Below, in pieces: positions 1 to 10,312 of a DNA stretch of 64,000 bases. The DNA lies in the NCBI GenBank assembly GCA_000384935.1, contig ARRA01000004.1, forward strand, positions 12,834 through 76,833. The letters run 5' to 3'. This DNA comes from a gamma proteobacterium SCGC AAA076-P13. GTDB lineage: Bacteria; Pseudomonadota; Gammaproteobacteria; Magnimaribacterales; D2472. The notes beneath the pieces were generated by a model. The model was not told the origin of the DNA. It saw only the letters and a program-made list of their open reading frames with translations, and did no database searches. The stretch's first letter is position 1, and each line of letters begins with the position of its first letter. A program made the position numbers and the translations under genes.

Positions 1-1
1 T

Positions 2-622
2 ATCACGCATGACAGAGAAAAGCTTTTACATGTATTTGATCAAGTTGGATTTGTATTTTTATTTGCACCTCTTCATCACGAATCTATGAGATACGTAATG
101 CCAGCAAGACAGCGCATTGGTCAGAAAACAATATTTAATTTATTGGGACCTCATACCAATCCTTGCGGAGCAAAGAGACAAGTTATTGGCGTCTATGATA
201 AAAAATTACTCGGAACATTTTCAACGGTGGCAAAAAATTTAGACATGGAACATGTTCTTGTTGTTCATGGGGATGATGGCTTGGATGAGATCAGTGTTAG
301 TGGCCCAACTCAAATATCTGAATTAAAAAATTATAAGATTGAGAACTACTCAATAACACCTCAAGATTTTGGTTTATCAGCTTCTGGGCTTGATGAGATT
401 GCGGCACAATCCCCAGAAGACAGTTTAAGACTTGTAAGGGAAGCATTTTCTGGAGAACAATCTGCAGTCCAAGACATGATTGCTCTAAACGCTGGAGCAG
501 GACTTTATATTGCAAGAAAAGTGGACTCAATTGCAGATGGGGTGGAATTAGCATTTTCATTAATGAATAACGGTAAAGCGGCAGACAAATTAGCCGCATA
601 TGTGAGGGTTTCGAATCTATAA
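2..622 (+). CDS. trpD: anthranilate phosphoribosyltransferase (5'-truncated by window edge)
   Basis: Frame open from base 2 (FVFLFAPLHH..RYVMPARQRIGQKTIFNLLGPHTNP, HGDDGLDEIS); overlaps trpC start. Confidence 0.95.
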   Translation: MTHDREKLLHVFDQVGFVFLFAPLHHESMRYVMPARQRIGQKTIFNLLGPHTNPCGAKRQVIGVYDKKLLGTFSTVAKNLDMEHVLVVHGDDGLDEISVSGPTQISELKNYKIENYSITPQDFGLSASGLDEIAAQSPEDSLRLVREAFSGEQSAVQDMIALNAGAGLYIARKVDSIADGVELAFSLMNNGKAADKLAAYVRVSNL

Positions 623-1371
623 TGACTATCCTTAACGAAATAGTTAAAAATACCAGAGAAAAGTTAATTCAAAAAAAAGAGTCTCTGTCTCTCAACGACA
701 TCAAGACACAACTTGGTGGATTAAATCTCTCCAAAGGAGCCTTTAAAGCAGGGTTGGCTAATAAAGATCAGGCTATTATTGCAGAAATTAAAAAAGCCTC
801 ACCCAGTGCTGGAATTATTGCCGAAGATTTTGACCCCATTAAAAAAGCTAAAGAATACGAAGCTTTTGGAGCCTCAGCATTATCTATTCTTACTGAAGAA
901 GACTTCTTTCAAGGACACAATCAATTTTTGATAGACGTAAAAGCTATAACTAAACTTCCTATTATTAGAAAAGATTTTATGATTGATGAATATCAAATAT
1001 ATGAAGCTAAACTTATTGGTGCTGATTGCATACTGCTAATTGCTAGCGTTCTTTCTGATGAAGAAATAACCCACTTTGTAAATGTGGCTGAAGAACTAGA
1101 ACTAGATTATTTAATAGAGGTTCATGATGAAGAAGAGCTTAAAAGAGTTGAGCACTTTAGCAATGCGATGATTGGTGTTAATAATAGAAATCTTAAAACC
1201 TTTGAAGTAGATTTAAATAATTCGATCAACCTTAAAAAGATATTTAATGGCGATAATATTTTTATTGCTGAATCTGGAATTAAAAATCAAGAAGATATAG
1301 ATCTTCTTAAACAAGAAGACATCCATGTATTCTTAATCGGCGAGAGCTTAATGAAAGGTGCTTTTAGTTGA
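622..1371 (+). CDS. trpC: indole-3-glycerol phosphate synthase
   Basis: IIAEIKKASPSAG, LSILTEEDFFQG, RKDF, IGVNNRNLKTF, AESGI motifs. Confidence 0.97.
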   Translation: MTILNEIVKNTREKLIQKKESLSLNDIKTQLGGLNLSKGAFKAGLANKDQAIIAEIKKASPSAGIIAEDFDPIKKAKEYEAFGASALSILTEEDFFQGHNQFLIDVKAITKLPIIRKDFMIDEYQIYEAKLIGADCILLIASVLSDEEITHFVNVAEELELDYLIEVHDEEELKRVEHFSNAMIGVNNRNLKTFEVDLNNSINLKKIFNGDNIFIAESGIKNQEDIDLLKQEDIHVFLIGESLMKGAFS

Positions 1372-2534
1372 AACTAAGAGACTGGCAAGAAAATGCCTTT
1401 CCTTTGTGGTGGGAGAAAAAAAGAGGCATCATAAAAGTTGTAACGGGAGGAGGTAAGACGGTCTTTGCTATTCACTGCCTAACCAAGTATTTAGAAGAAA
1501 ATCAAATTAATTCAATATTAATTGTTGTTCCATCTATAGCTCTATTAGATCAATGGTATGAAAGCTTATCTTTAAGTTTCAGCTCTAAGGAAATAGCTCT
1601 GAATGGTGGCGGTGAGCAAATAGAAGATGTTGCAAAGATCTGCATATCAACGATAGATTCACTTAAAAATCTTATAGATAAAGTTGATCCTGAAAATACA
1701 CTTTTGATAGTTGATGAGTGTCATAAAATAGGAACTGAGAAAAGAGGAGAGATGCTAACAAATAATTGGCATGCAACCCTGGGATTATCAGCAACTCCAG
1801 AAAGAGACTACGACGACAATTTTTATATCATCATTAAAAAAATTCTTGGAGATATTATTTTTGACTATGACTATATTGATGCCAGAGAAGATGAGGTAAT
1901 AGTAAATTTCAAACTTCTTTATGCCTATGCTGCAATGACAAAGGATGAAGAAGATAAATACAAAAAGTTTACGAAAAGCATTCAAAGAAGAGCTGCAACA
2001 ATTGGCGGTAATAATATGAATGACTACCCGTTAAAGATGCTCATTTTTAATAGAGCAAGAATGGTAAAAAATTCAAAAAATAGAATCCCTTTTGGAGTTG
2101 AGTTGTTACAAAAACACAAAAGAGAAAGCTGGATTGTTTTTACAGAGAATAAAAAGCAAGCAAAAGAATTCAATACAATTATAAATACCAAGGGATATAA
2201 ATCAGCTATCTATAATACGGATTTGGATAATGCAGCAAGAGAAGAAAATCTTAACAATTTTAAAAACGGTAATCTAAATGTCTTGGTAAGTTGTACTGCA
2301 CTGGATGAAGGTTTTGATATGCCAGAGGCTGATGGGGCAATGATATTAAGTGCCTCTTCATCTAAAAGACAAAGAATTCAAAGAATGGGCAGAGTGCTTA
2401 GAATAACTGCAAATAAAGAAAATGCCTTAATCGTTACTGTATATAGCTCTAATACTGAGTATGTGAAATTAAAGGAAGAGTCTAATAGGTATCAATTAGA
2501 AAATGTTCCAATCAGATGGCAGCAAATGAAGTAA
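1368..2534 (+). CDS. superfamily 2 DEAD/DEAH-box helicase (XPB/Rad25-like)
   Basis: LRDWQ Q-motif, TGGGKT Walker A, DECH, GLSATPER, LDEGFD, QRMGRVLR. Confidence 0.88.
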   Translation: MKLRDWQENAFPLWWEKKRGIIKVVTGGGKTVFAIHCLTKYLEENQINSILIVVPSIALLDQWYESLSLSFSSKEIALNGGGEQIEDVAKICISTIDSLKNLIDKVDPENTLLIVDECHKIGTEKRGEMLTNNWHATLGLSATPERDYDDNFYIIIKKILGDIIFDYDYIDAREDEVIVNFKLLYAYAAMTKDEEDKYKKFTKSIQRRAATIGGNNMNDYPLKMLIFNRARMVKNSKNRIPFGVELLQKHKRESWIVFTENKKQAKEFNTIINTKGYKSAIYNTDLDNAAREENLNNFKNGNLNVLVSCTALDEGFDMPEADGAMILSASSSKRQRIQRMGRVLRITANKENALIVTVYSSNTEYVKLKEESNRYQLENVPIRWQQMK

Positions 2535-2535
2535 C

Positions 2536-3270
2536 TTAAAAAACGTACCTGAAGTTTGTAGTGAATGAATGGTTTGATTTTTTTGATATATCTGGGGGGT
2601 CATTATCAAGAGCGCTTGAGACTTGAATCTCAAATAATATTTTTTCTGATAAAGGAATATTTAAAGCCATTAAAGCTGAAACTTTATAATCTGAACTAAA
2701 TTCATTAAGTGATGGTTGATAAAATAATGATGCTGAAAAAAAGTTACTATTTTTTAATTTTATCTTTTTGTATAGATATAAATTAACTCTACCTGTTTTT
2801 TTATTAATTTCCTCAAGGCTTTGTTCATTTTCATGTAATAGGCTTAATCCAATTTTAGACATTTCATTTAAATCAAATCTTAAACCAATACCAAATAGAT
2901 CTCTTTTTTTATAGGACTGGAAAGGGTTTTTACTACTTTGAAGATAAACTTCGTAGTCAAATAAATTATCTGATTTAAATAATAATCTGCCATGAAAAAA
3001 TGAAGATTTATCTTCTAATGCATCTCCTTTAGTTCTCTCTGCGTGGTTGAATGTCAATAGGGACTCAATATCCTCATTGTTTTTTGTGAAAGATAGATTT
3101 AGCTTATAGTCATCTCTATCTTCATTCCCTCTAGATCCATTTAAAGAGATACCCGCTGATTTAAATTCACCAAGCTCTCCTGAATATCTTAAATTTTCTA
3201 TATTTACTATAGATTGTGAAAAGATGATTGGTGAGGCTAAAAGGCTCGCAATGAGATAGAGATTTTTCAT
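2536..3270 (-). CDS. DUF481-like outer-membrane beta-barrel protein
   Basis: Signal peptide, alternating beta-strand pattern, C-terminal aromatic (RYVF). Confidence 0.65.
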   Translation of the reverse strand: MKNLYLIASLLASPIIFSQSIVNIENLRYSGELGEFKSAGISLNGSRGNEDRDDYKLNLSFTKNNEDIESLLTFNHAERTKGDALEDKSSFFHGRLLFKSDNLFDYEVYLQSSKNPFQSYKKRDLFGIGLRFDLNEMSKIGLSLLHENEQSLEEINKKTGRVNLYLYKKIKLKNSNFFSASLFYQPSLNEFSSDYKVSALMALNIPLSEKILFEIQVSSALDNDPPDISKKSNHSFTTNFRYVF

Positions 3271-3281
3271 GAATGCTTTTT

Positions 3282-3908
3282 TTAGATATGAGTACTGGTT
3301 GATGTCATAACTTTAGCTGTATATTTCATTATCTTTTTTGCTGGAATTTGCAATTCCTCTCCACCATTATCTACAGCTTGCTGCGCATGAATATCCTCGT
3401 CCTCTCTCATTGTCTTAAGAATTTCAATTGTTTGGATATCTTTTGGTGAAATCTTATTAAGATGCTTATCAATATGAGCTACAACTTGTTTTTCTGTTTC
3501 TTCTACAAAGCCTAAACTTACTTTTTCACCAAAAGTTCCAAATACAGCACCTATACCAAAAGAGCCGGCATACCAAACAGGGTTAAATATAGAACCTCTA
3601 CCCCCGAGCTCATCAAGTCTTTTTTTACACCAAACAAGATGATCAGTCTCTTCTTGCCCAGCTTCAATTAAGTGTTCTTTAACCTCGGGATCTTTACATA
3701 CAAGTGCTTGCCCCCTATATAAAGCTTGGGCCGCAACCTCTCCAGCAAGATTAACTCTCATCATTTGAATAGATAGCTTTTTTTCTTTTTGAGTGAGCTC
3801 CTCTGAGTTCATTGCAGACGGGTAAGATCTATCAGTTCCAGATTTTTTATTTGAAAGCGTTTTTAGTGCAATATCAAACTCATTAACAATATTATTCAGA
3901 AAACTCAT
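3282..3908 (-). CDS. coq7: demethoxyubiquinone hydroxylase (di-iron, Coq7 type)
   Basis: MRVNLAGEVAAQALYRGQ, EETDHLVWC, ETEKQVVAH, EDEDIH. Confidence 0.93.
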   Translation of the reverse strand: MSFLNNIVNEFDIALKTLSNKKSGTDRSYPSAMNSEELTQKEKKLSIQMMRVNLAGEVAAQALYRGQALVCKDPEVKEHLIEAGQEETDHLVWCKKRLDELGGRGSIFNPVWYAGSFGIGAVFGTFGEKVSLGFVEETEKQVVAHIDKHLNKISPKDIQTIEILKTMREDEDIHAQQAVDNGGEELQIPAKKIMKYTAKVMTSTSTHI

Positions 3909-5173
3909 TTTATTCCTTTAAATCCTATATCTTTTCTATAAAAAGCACCCTCAAACGATACTTTATTAACGAGATTATAAGCCTTAGATTGAGCTTCCTT
4001 CAAGTTAGTTCCAAGAGCAGTTGCGCAAAAAACTCTGCCGCCTGATGTCATTACGTTATGGTCAACTAATTTAGTTCCTGCGTGAAATAATTTTGTATCA
4101 TGATCATCTTCTGGATGAATTTGAACTTCTTTATTAGATATATATTTCTCAGGGTATCCCTCAGAAGCAATAACAACACCACATGAGTGTTGCTCTGTCC
4201 ATTCGACATGAATTGACTCTAATTGTTCATGTATTGCTGCTAGACATAGATCAACAAGGCTTGATTTAAGTCTTAATAATATTGGTTGAGTTTCAGGATC
4301 CCCGAACCTACAATTAAATTCCAAAACTTTAAGCTCACCATTCTTAATCATTAACCCAGCATATAAGAAACCGAGATAGGGTGACCCTTCTGATATGAGG
4401 CCTTCCATTGTTGGTTTCATAACTTCATCAATAATTTTTTTATGGATATGATCATCAACTATTGGAGCTGGAGAGTAGGCGCCCATCCCACCAGTATTTA
4501 ATCCAACATCACCTTCACCAACTGCCTTATGGTCTTGGCTTGTAGCTAGTGGAATAATTTTATCTTTACTTACCACTGCAATAAAACTAGCTTCTTCACC
4601 CTCTAAAAATTCTTCAATAACAACACTACTACCCGCTTCGCCAAATGCTTGATCTTTAAAGATGCTGTCGAGCGCTGATACAGCTTCATTTTTATTTTGA
4701 CAAATAAGAACTCCCTTGCCAGCTGCTAGCCCGTCAGCTTTCACTACAGTAGGGTACTCAATATTATCTAGATAATTAATTGATGCATCGTATGAGTCAA
4801 ACGCTGCATAAGCCGCTGTAGGTATTCCATATTTAACAAAAAAATCTTTTGAAAAAGTTTTAGAGCCTTCTAACTGAGCTGCTGCCTTAGAGGGGCCAAA
4901 GGTTTTTATTCCTTTGCTTTGAAGGTAGTCGGACATACCATCCACAAGAGGTTGTTCAGGACCAATAATAACCAAACCTATATGTTCCTCTTTGCAAAAA
5001 CTTTCAACCTTAGAAAAGTCGTTGGTATCTAAAGATAGATTTGTAATTTTAGATTCAAGAGCTGTTCCTGCATTACCAGGAGCCACAAATACATTAGTAA
5101 CTGATTCGTCTTGAGCTGATTTCCATGCAAGAGCATGCTCTCTGCCGCCTGAGCCAATTACAAGTACTTGCAT
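3905..5173 (-). CDS. purD: phosphoribosylamine-glycine ligase
   Basis: VLVIGSGGREHALAW, KADGLAAGKGV, NTGGMGAYSP, EFNCRFGDPE. Confidence 0.98.
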   Translation of the reverse strand: MQVLVIGSGGREHALAWKSAQDESVTNVFVAPGNAGTALESKITNLSLDTNDFSKVESFCKEEHIGLVIIGPEQPLVDGMSDYLQSKGIKTFGPSKAAAQLEGSKTFSKDFFVKYGIPTAAYAAFDSYDASINYLDNIEYPTVVKADGLAAGKGVLICQNKNEAVSALDSIFKDQAFGEAGSSVVIEEFLEGEEASFIAVVSKDKIIPLATSQDHKAVGEGDVGLNTGGMGAYSPAPIVDDHIHKKIIDEVMKPTMEGLISEGSPYLGFLYAGLMIKNGELKVLEFNCRFGDPETQPILLRLKSSLVDLCLAAIHEQLESIHVEWTEQHSCGVVIASEGYPEKYISNKEVQIHPEDDHDTKLFHAGTKLVDHNVMTSGGRVFCATALGTNLKEAQSKAYNLVNKVSFEGAFYRKDIGFKGIK

Positions 5174-6714
5174 TAGTGTCTAAAGTGCCTCGTGCTAGTA
5201 AAAACCATTGCAATATTGTTCTCATCTGCAGCAGCTATAACCTCATCATCCCTGATTGATCCACCTGGCTGAATAATTGCAGCTATCCCACTGGAAGCGG
5301 CCTTATCAATCCCATCTCTAAAGGGAAAAAATGCATCCGATGCCATAACAGCACCTTTAACTTTAAGGCCTTCCTCTTTTGCTTTTAAATTAGCTATATC
5401 GGCACTTATCACTCTACTCATTTGTCCTGCACCAATGCCTATTGTTTGTCTATTGTGAACATAAACTATTGCATTACTTTTAACGAATTTAGCAACCCTC
5501 CAAGCAAACATAAGGTCATTCAGCTCTTCAGGTGTTGGCTGTCTCTTAGTAACGCATTTTAAGTCTTCCCTTGGAACTGCATAAGTATCATCGCTTTGAA
5601 CCAAAATTCCACCAGAGACTTTTTTAATAACACCTGGATAGGGATTATCTTGTTCCAAGTCAACTTTTAAAATTCTAACGTTTTTCTTTTTAGCAAATTC
5701 AACCAAAGCACCTTCTTCATAGTCAGTGGCTATGATCACCTCAACAAATTGACGGCTATTAATCTCTTCAGCTGTCTTGGTATCCAATGTTCTATTGAGA
5801 GCAATAATTCCTCCAAAAGCAGATGTTGGATCTGTTTTAAAAGCCAAATCATAAGCACCAAATATAGTATTTGACTCTGCCACCCCACAAGGATTAGCAT
5901 GTTTCACAATTACACACGCAGGGTCATCAAAGGCTCTAACGCATTCCCATGCAGCATCCGCATCAACTATATTGTTATATGAAAGCTCTTTGCCTTGAAG
6001 AATATCCGCATTGGCTATGTTTTTAAATTTAAGATTTGAAAAAGTTAATAAATTTGCTGTTTGGTGAGGATTTTCTCCATATCTTAAGGGTTCACTTTTT
6101 TCAAAATTGTAATTAGGCAAAAGATTATCCGTATCTTCTTTTAGATAATTAGAGATAGATAGATTGTAATCAGCCATAAGATGAAAAACTTTTTGAGATA
6201 ACTCTTTTCTAAATTCATATGAAATTCCATCTTCATCCTTCCACTCTTGAATTAATCGTGAATAATCATTTGGATTTGAAACTACAGCAACATCTTTAAA
6301 ATTTTTAGCCGCAGATCTAATCATAGTTGGCCCACCTATATCTATTTTTTCTATAGCCTCTTCGAATGAACATCCCTCTGCAATCGTTTCTTTAAATGGA
6401 TATAGGTTTACGATTACTAAATCAATTGGCTCATAACCTCTTTCTTTTAAAACATCTAAATCTTGATCTCTTCTTGCAAGAATTCCTGCATGTATTTTGG
6501 GATGTAATGTTTTAACTCTCCCATCCATCATTTCTTCAAATCCGGTGAAGTCAGAGACCTCAATAACATCTGTTGTTATTTCTTTTATCGCTTTAAAAGT
6601 TCCTCCAGTCGATAAAATTTTCACTCCTTGAGAGATTAAAAATGATACCAACTCACTCAAGTGTGATTTATCTGAAAGGCTTATAAGTGCTGTTTTTGGT
6701 TTTATTGCATTCAT
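5173..6714 (-). CDS. purH: bifunctional AICAR transformylase/IMP cyclohydrolase
   Basis: STGGT, GRVKTLHPKIHAGIL, LRYGENPHQ, ASDAFFPFRDG, ends RHFRH. Confidence 0.98.
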   Translation of the reverse strand: MNAIKPKTALISLSDKSHLSELVSFLISQGVKILSTGGTFKAIKEITTDVIEVSDFTGFEEMMDGRVKTLHPKIHAGILARRDQDLDVLKERGYEPIDLVIVNLYPFKETIAEGCSFEEAIEKIDIGGPTMIRSAAKNFKDVAVVSNPNDYSRLIQEWKDEDGISYEFRKELSQKVFHLMADYNLSISNYLKEDTDNLLPNYNFEKSEPLRYGENPHQTANLLTFSNLKFKNIANADILQGKELSYNNIVDADAAWECVRAFDDPACVIVKHANPCGVAESNTIFGAYDLAFKTDPTSAFGGIIALNRTLDTKTAEEINSRQFVEVIIATDYEEGALVEFAKKKNVRILKVDLEQDNPYPGVIKKVSGGILVQSDDTYAVPREDLKCVTKRQPTPEELNDLMFAWRVAKFVKSNAIVYVHNRQTIGIGAGQMSRVISADIANLKAKEEGLKVKGAVMASDAFFPFRDGIDKAASSGIAAIIQPGGSIRDDEVIAAADENNIAMVFTSTRHFRH

Positions 6715-6980
6715 TATTTTATGTCATATTTTTTTAATTTAGTTCTCAACGTTGTTCTATTGATTCCAAGAACCCTTGAGGCTTTAGATTGATTATTATT
6801 TGAAAACTTCATTACTGATGAAAGTAAAGGTGGCTCGATTTCATTAAGGACTAACTGATAAACATCAATTGGAATATTGTTTTGATCCAACTGCTTAAAA
6901 TACCTCTTCATGGCTTTTCTGACCTCTTCTTTTAGAGGACTTTTTGAATAGCTATCAAAAGATTTTTTTTTATTTCCCAA
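6714..6980 (-). CDS. fis: Fis-family DNA-binding protein
   Basis: NNNQSKASRVLGINRTTLRTKLKKY HTH; fis-purH-purD synteny; TTG start. Confidence 0.88.
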   Translation of the reverse strand: MGNKKKSFDSYSKSPLKEEVRKAMKRYFKQLDQNNIPIDVYQLVLNEIEPPLLSSVMKFSNNNQSKASRVLGINRTTLRTKLKKYDIK

Positions 6981-7043
6981 AATATAATTGTAATTAGAAA
7001 GAATATTTAGTTTACAGTTGTTTAAAAATTGCTCAATAGGTTT

Positions 7044-7607
7044 TTAGAGATTTATTGGAGTTTTTCTCTCTCCGCCAATATGAAACTCTTGAACTTTATT
7101 ATTGCTCACAATAATTTTTGTAATCGAAGTGTAGTCAGGGTAAAAACATAACAAATTTCGATTATTTGTATATTCAGCTATCAGAGCATTTATAACCATA
7201 AAATGGCTAAATATTATCGTATCCCTTTCAATTGATAGGATTTGTTTTGTAAGCTCTGAACGCCAATTATTAACCTCATTCGGTAGATTAATTAAATCCA
7301 TTTTTATAATTTTTGTTAGCCAATCTTTTTTATCTTTTGAATCTATTCCATTAGAAGGAATTTCAGAAAATACTGCATTTATTTCAACATCTTTATTATA
7401 TTTTTTGGCAAGCGGGGCCGCAGTCATCAATGCACGAGACTTAGGACTAGAGATAAAGTGATAGTTCTTCAAAAAGAGAAGTTCATTATTATCAATCAAC
7501 TCTATAGCTTGATTCTCTCCTAGTTGACTTAATCCAGGATCGGGATCGTCACCCCAAGAGGCAGAGGCCTCTCCATGCCTAATTAATATTATGTTTATCT
7601 GTGACAT
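7044..7607 (-). CDS. histidine phosphatase family protein
   Basis: LIRHGE, SSPKSRA, IFSH motifs. Confidence 0.85.
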   Translation of the reverse strand: MSQINIILIRHGEASASWGDDPDPGLSQLGENQAIELIDNNELLFLKNYHFISSPKSRALMTAAPLAKKYNKDVEINAVFSEIPSNGIDSKDKKDWLTKIIKMDLINLPNEVNNWRSELTKQILSIERDTIIFSHFMVINALIAEYTNNRNLLCFYPDYTSITKIIVSNNKVQEFHIGGERKTPINL

Positions 7608-7637
7608 TTATATTGAAGCTATAGCTATAATGCTTAT

Positions 7638-8375
7638 GTGAGAATTCATAGAATATATTGTAATTCAGTATCGGACCAAGGTAATGTTTTTGATTTAGAC
7701 CAACCTCAATCAACCCATATATCAAAAGTGCTGAGACTGAAGCTTGGTAATGAGATAGATGTCTTTGACGGAAAGGGCTCATCCGCAATTTGTAAAATAA
7801 TTGAAATCAATAGATCGAGCATAGTTTTAGAAAGAATATCTGAGGTAAAAAAATTAAATCCCACCCATCCAAAAATAAATGCAATCCTTCCTCTTATAAA
7901 AAAAGATAATTTGCACTTTATGTTGCAGAAGCTAACAGAGGTTGGGGTTTATGAATTTATTTTTTACAAACCAGATCTTATAGACCAAAGTATTGCAAAA
8001 AAAGATTCAGAAAAAATTATCAATAAATGCAACGAAGTTATTATTAATGCTTGTAAGCAATGCGGATCAAATTTTATTCCTGCTTTATATTATTTTAGTA
8101 ATTTAGAATTGGCAGTTAATTTAGTGAAAGATAATGCTGTTAAATCATATGCCTTTGATTTAAATGCTAAAGAGCAATTTAATCTAGCAGAAATCAAAAC
8201 AGATGAAGATATTTGCATGATAACTGGACCAGAATCTGGATTTTCTAAAGAAGAAATTAAAATTTTAAGCAAAAAAGATATTGAAATTAGATTATTAAAA
8301 AATAATGTTCTAAGAGCAGAAACGGCTCCTATTGTTATATCATCGTTGTTGCAAAATCATTTTGGTAACATTTAA
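7638..8375 (+). CDS. rsmE: 16S rRNA m3U1498 methyltransferase
   Basis: HISKVLRL, QKLTEVG, ACKQC, GPESGFS, VLRAETA. Confidence 0.95.
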   Translation: MRIHRIYCNSVSDQGNVFDLDQPQSTHISKVLRLKLGNEIDVFDGKGSSAICKIIEINRSSIVLERISEVKKLNPTHPKINAILPLIKKDNLHFMLQKLTEVGVYEFIFYKPDLIDQSIAKKDSEKIINKCNEVIINACKQCGSNFIPALYYFSNLELAVNLVKDNAVKSYAFDLNAKEQFNLAEIKTDEDICMITGPESGFSKEEIKILSKKDIEIRLLKNNVLRAETAPIVISSLLQNHFGNI

Positions 8376-8377
8376 GA

Positions 8378-9304
8378 ATGAGCAAAAAATTATTATTTAT
8401 AACCGATCCTTTGAAAGGTCTAAAACAAGAAAAAGATACTTCCATTTTCATGATGGAGGAGTCTATCGCTTTGGGCTGCAAGGTTTATCAGTGCGAAATG
8501 TCTGATCTTTATATTTCTGAGGGTATGGTGCTAGCTGATTCAAGAAATATCATAGCCATAGGATCTAATAAAGTTGAAAGCATTAAAAAAGAATCCATAA
8601 AGGTTGCTGATTTTGATTTTACTTTTATGAGAAAAGATCCTCCTGTCGACAAGGATTATATAAACTCACTCCATTTGTTAGGTTTGGCTGAAACTCATGG
8701 AGCAACAGTTTTTAATAAACCAAATTCTATAAAAGAGTTCAACGAAAAGATATTTGCTATACATTTTAAAGAGTTTATTCCTCAGACCTTGGTAACTTCC
8801 AACATAAAAAAGGTAATAGAATTTCAACTCAAACATGACACCATAGTAGTTAAACCTTTAGATGGAATGGGTGGAGAATCAATCTATAAAATGGATAATT
8901 TTGAAGATGAAAATCTAGATATTTTGCTTGATATGACCGATAACGAAAATACCCAGATCATTGCACAAGAGTTTCTTGAAGATATTTATAAAGGCGACTT
9001 TAGAATTTTAATTATAAATGGAAAGCCCTTTCCAAAAACCTTAGCTCGAATTCCACAAGGTGAAAGTTTTAAAGGTAACTTGGCTGCAGGAGGAATGGGT
9101 GTTGTAAAAGATATAACCGAAGTTCAGCAAAAAACAGCTGAAAAAATAGGAAAATATTTAATTACTAAAGGAATTAACTTTGCTGGTATAGATATGATTG
9201 GTAAGTATTTAACTGAGATTAATATCACAAGTCCTACCTGCGCAAGGGAGATATTTAAACAATCAGGCAAAAACCCAATTAAAGAATATTTAGAACTTTT
9301 ATGA
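8378..9304 (+). CDS. gshB: glutathione synthase
   Basis: MRKDPPVD, NEK, KPLDGMGG, GNLAAGG, TEINITSPT. Confidence 0.97.
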   Translation: MSKKLLFITDPLKGLKQEKDTSIFMMEESIALGCKVYQCEMSDLYISEGMVLADSRNIIAIGSNKVESIKKESIKVADFDFTFMRKDPPVDKDYINSLHLLGLAETHGATVFNKPNSIKEFNEKIFAIHFKEFIPQTLVTSNIKKVIEFQLKHDTIVVKPLDGMGGESIYKMDNFEDENLDILLDMTDNENTQIIAQEFLEDIYKGDFRILIINGKPFPKTLARIPQGESFKGNLAAGGMGVVKDITEVQQKTAEKIGKYLITKGINFAGIDMIGKYLTEINITSPTCAREIFKQSGKNPIKEYLELL

Positions 9305-9924
9305 CGTCAATCTCCTTGAAGCAAAGAGTTAGCAGAAGGTCTTTAACCCTTAACAAATCCTTTATTTTATCTCTAACTTTCCATGTCTTTTTGATATTTG
9401 GAATAACATTTACAACTTTTTATAAAATACCCTTGTTACAAGATTCCCCAATTATTAATGTAAAGTTGGCAAACTCTTCGCAAGATATAATTGGCAATGA
9501 AAATTTTGATCAAGAAATACTAGCCATAGATAGTGATGGTTTTAAAAATAAGCAAATGCAAACTCAGAAAAGTTCATATCAGCCTCATAAAATAAAAAAA
9601 CTTGAGGCTAATTCAGTTGTAAGTAACGAGGAGGCTATGTATTTAAATCTTTGGCAAAGAAATATTGAGACGATAGGAGATAAAATTATAGGACAAGAGG
9701 GTGCCATCTATAACAAAAGCAAGGTGCAGGTTATGGCAACAATAGATTCATTTGGGAATTTAATAAAATCAGAGATTCTTATATCATCAGGAAATCAATC
9801 TGTTGACGAATTAGCTCTTAATATTTTAAATGAAGCCGCTCCTTTTGCTCCCTTCGATGCAAAAATGATTAATGAATATAGTGTTTTAGAAATAGTTAGA
9901 GATTGGAACTTTTCAACAGAATAA
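9301..9924 (+). CDS. TonB C-terminal domain protein
   Basis: N-terminal TM with SLTFH, SSGNQSVDELAL..AAPFAPF..LEIVRDW; gshB-tonB-yqgF synteny. Confidence 0.75.
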   Translation: MTSISLKQRVSRRSLTLNKSFILSLTFHVFLIFGITFTTFYKIPLLQDSPIINVKLANSSQDIIGNENFDQEILAIDSDGFKNKQMQTQKSSYQPHKIKKLEANSVVSNEEAMYLNLWQRNIETIGDKIIGQEGAIYNKSKVQVMATIDSFGNLIKSEILISSGNQSVDELALNILNEAAPFAPFDAKMINEYSVLEIVRDWNFSTE

Positions 9925-10310
9925 TGCAAATAGTATCTTTTGATTTTGGAACAAAAAAAATAGGCATTGCTGTTGGACAAACAGAAACAAAAACGTCATC
10001 CCCACTAGAAATTATTTTTAATAAAAATAATGCAGTGAATTGGGTAAAAATTTCTTCTATTATTAATGAATGGAAGCCAGATTTACTTCTAGTTGGTAAA
10101 CCTCTTAATATGGATGGCACTGATAGTGATATCATGGAAAAAGTAGATATCTTTTTTAAGAAATTAGGAAAGGTAACAAAGGTTCCATGTGAATATGTTG
10201 ATGAGAGGTTAACTAGTTTTGAGGCAAGACAAAACCTTGCAGATATTAAGACTGATCTCATTGATGCACATGCAGCTAAGATTTTAATAGATCACTGGTT
10301 TAATAAATAA
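9924..10310 (+). CDS. yqgF: YqgF/RuvX RNase H-like nuclease
   Basis: FDFGTKKIGIAVG, VGKPLNMDG, DERLTS, IDAHAA; ATG at 9924 overlaps upstream TAA. Confidence 0.92.
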   Translation: MQIVSFDFGTKKIGIAVGQTETKTSSPLEIIFNKNNAVNWVKISSIINEWKPDLLLVGKPLNMDGTDSDIMEKVDIFFKKLGKVTKVPCEYVDERLTSFEARQNLADIKTDLIDAHAAKILIDHWFNK

Positions 10311-10312
10311 TT

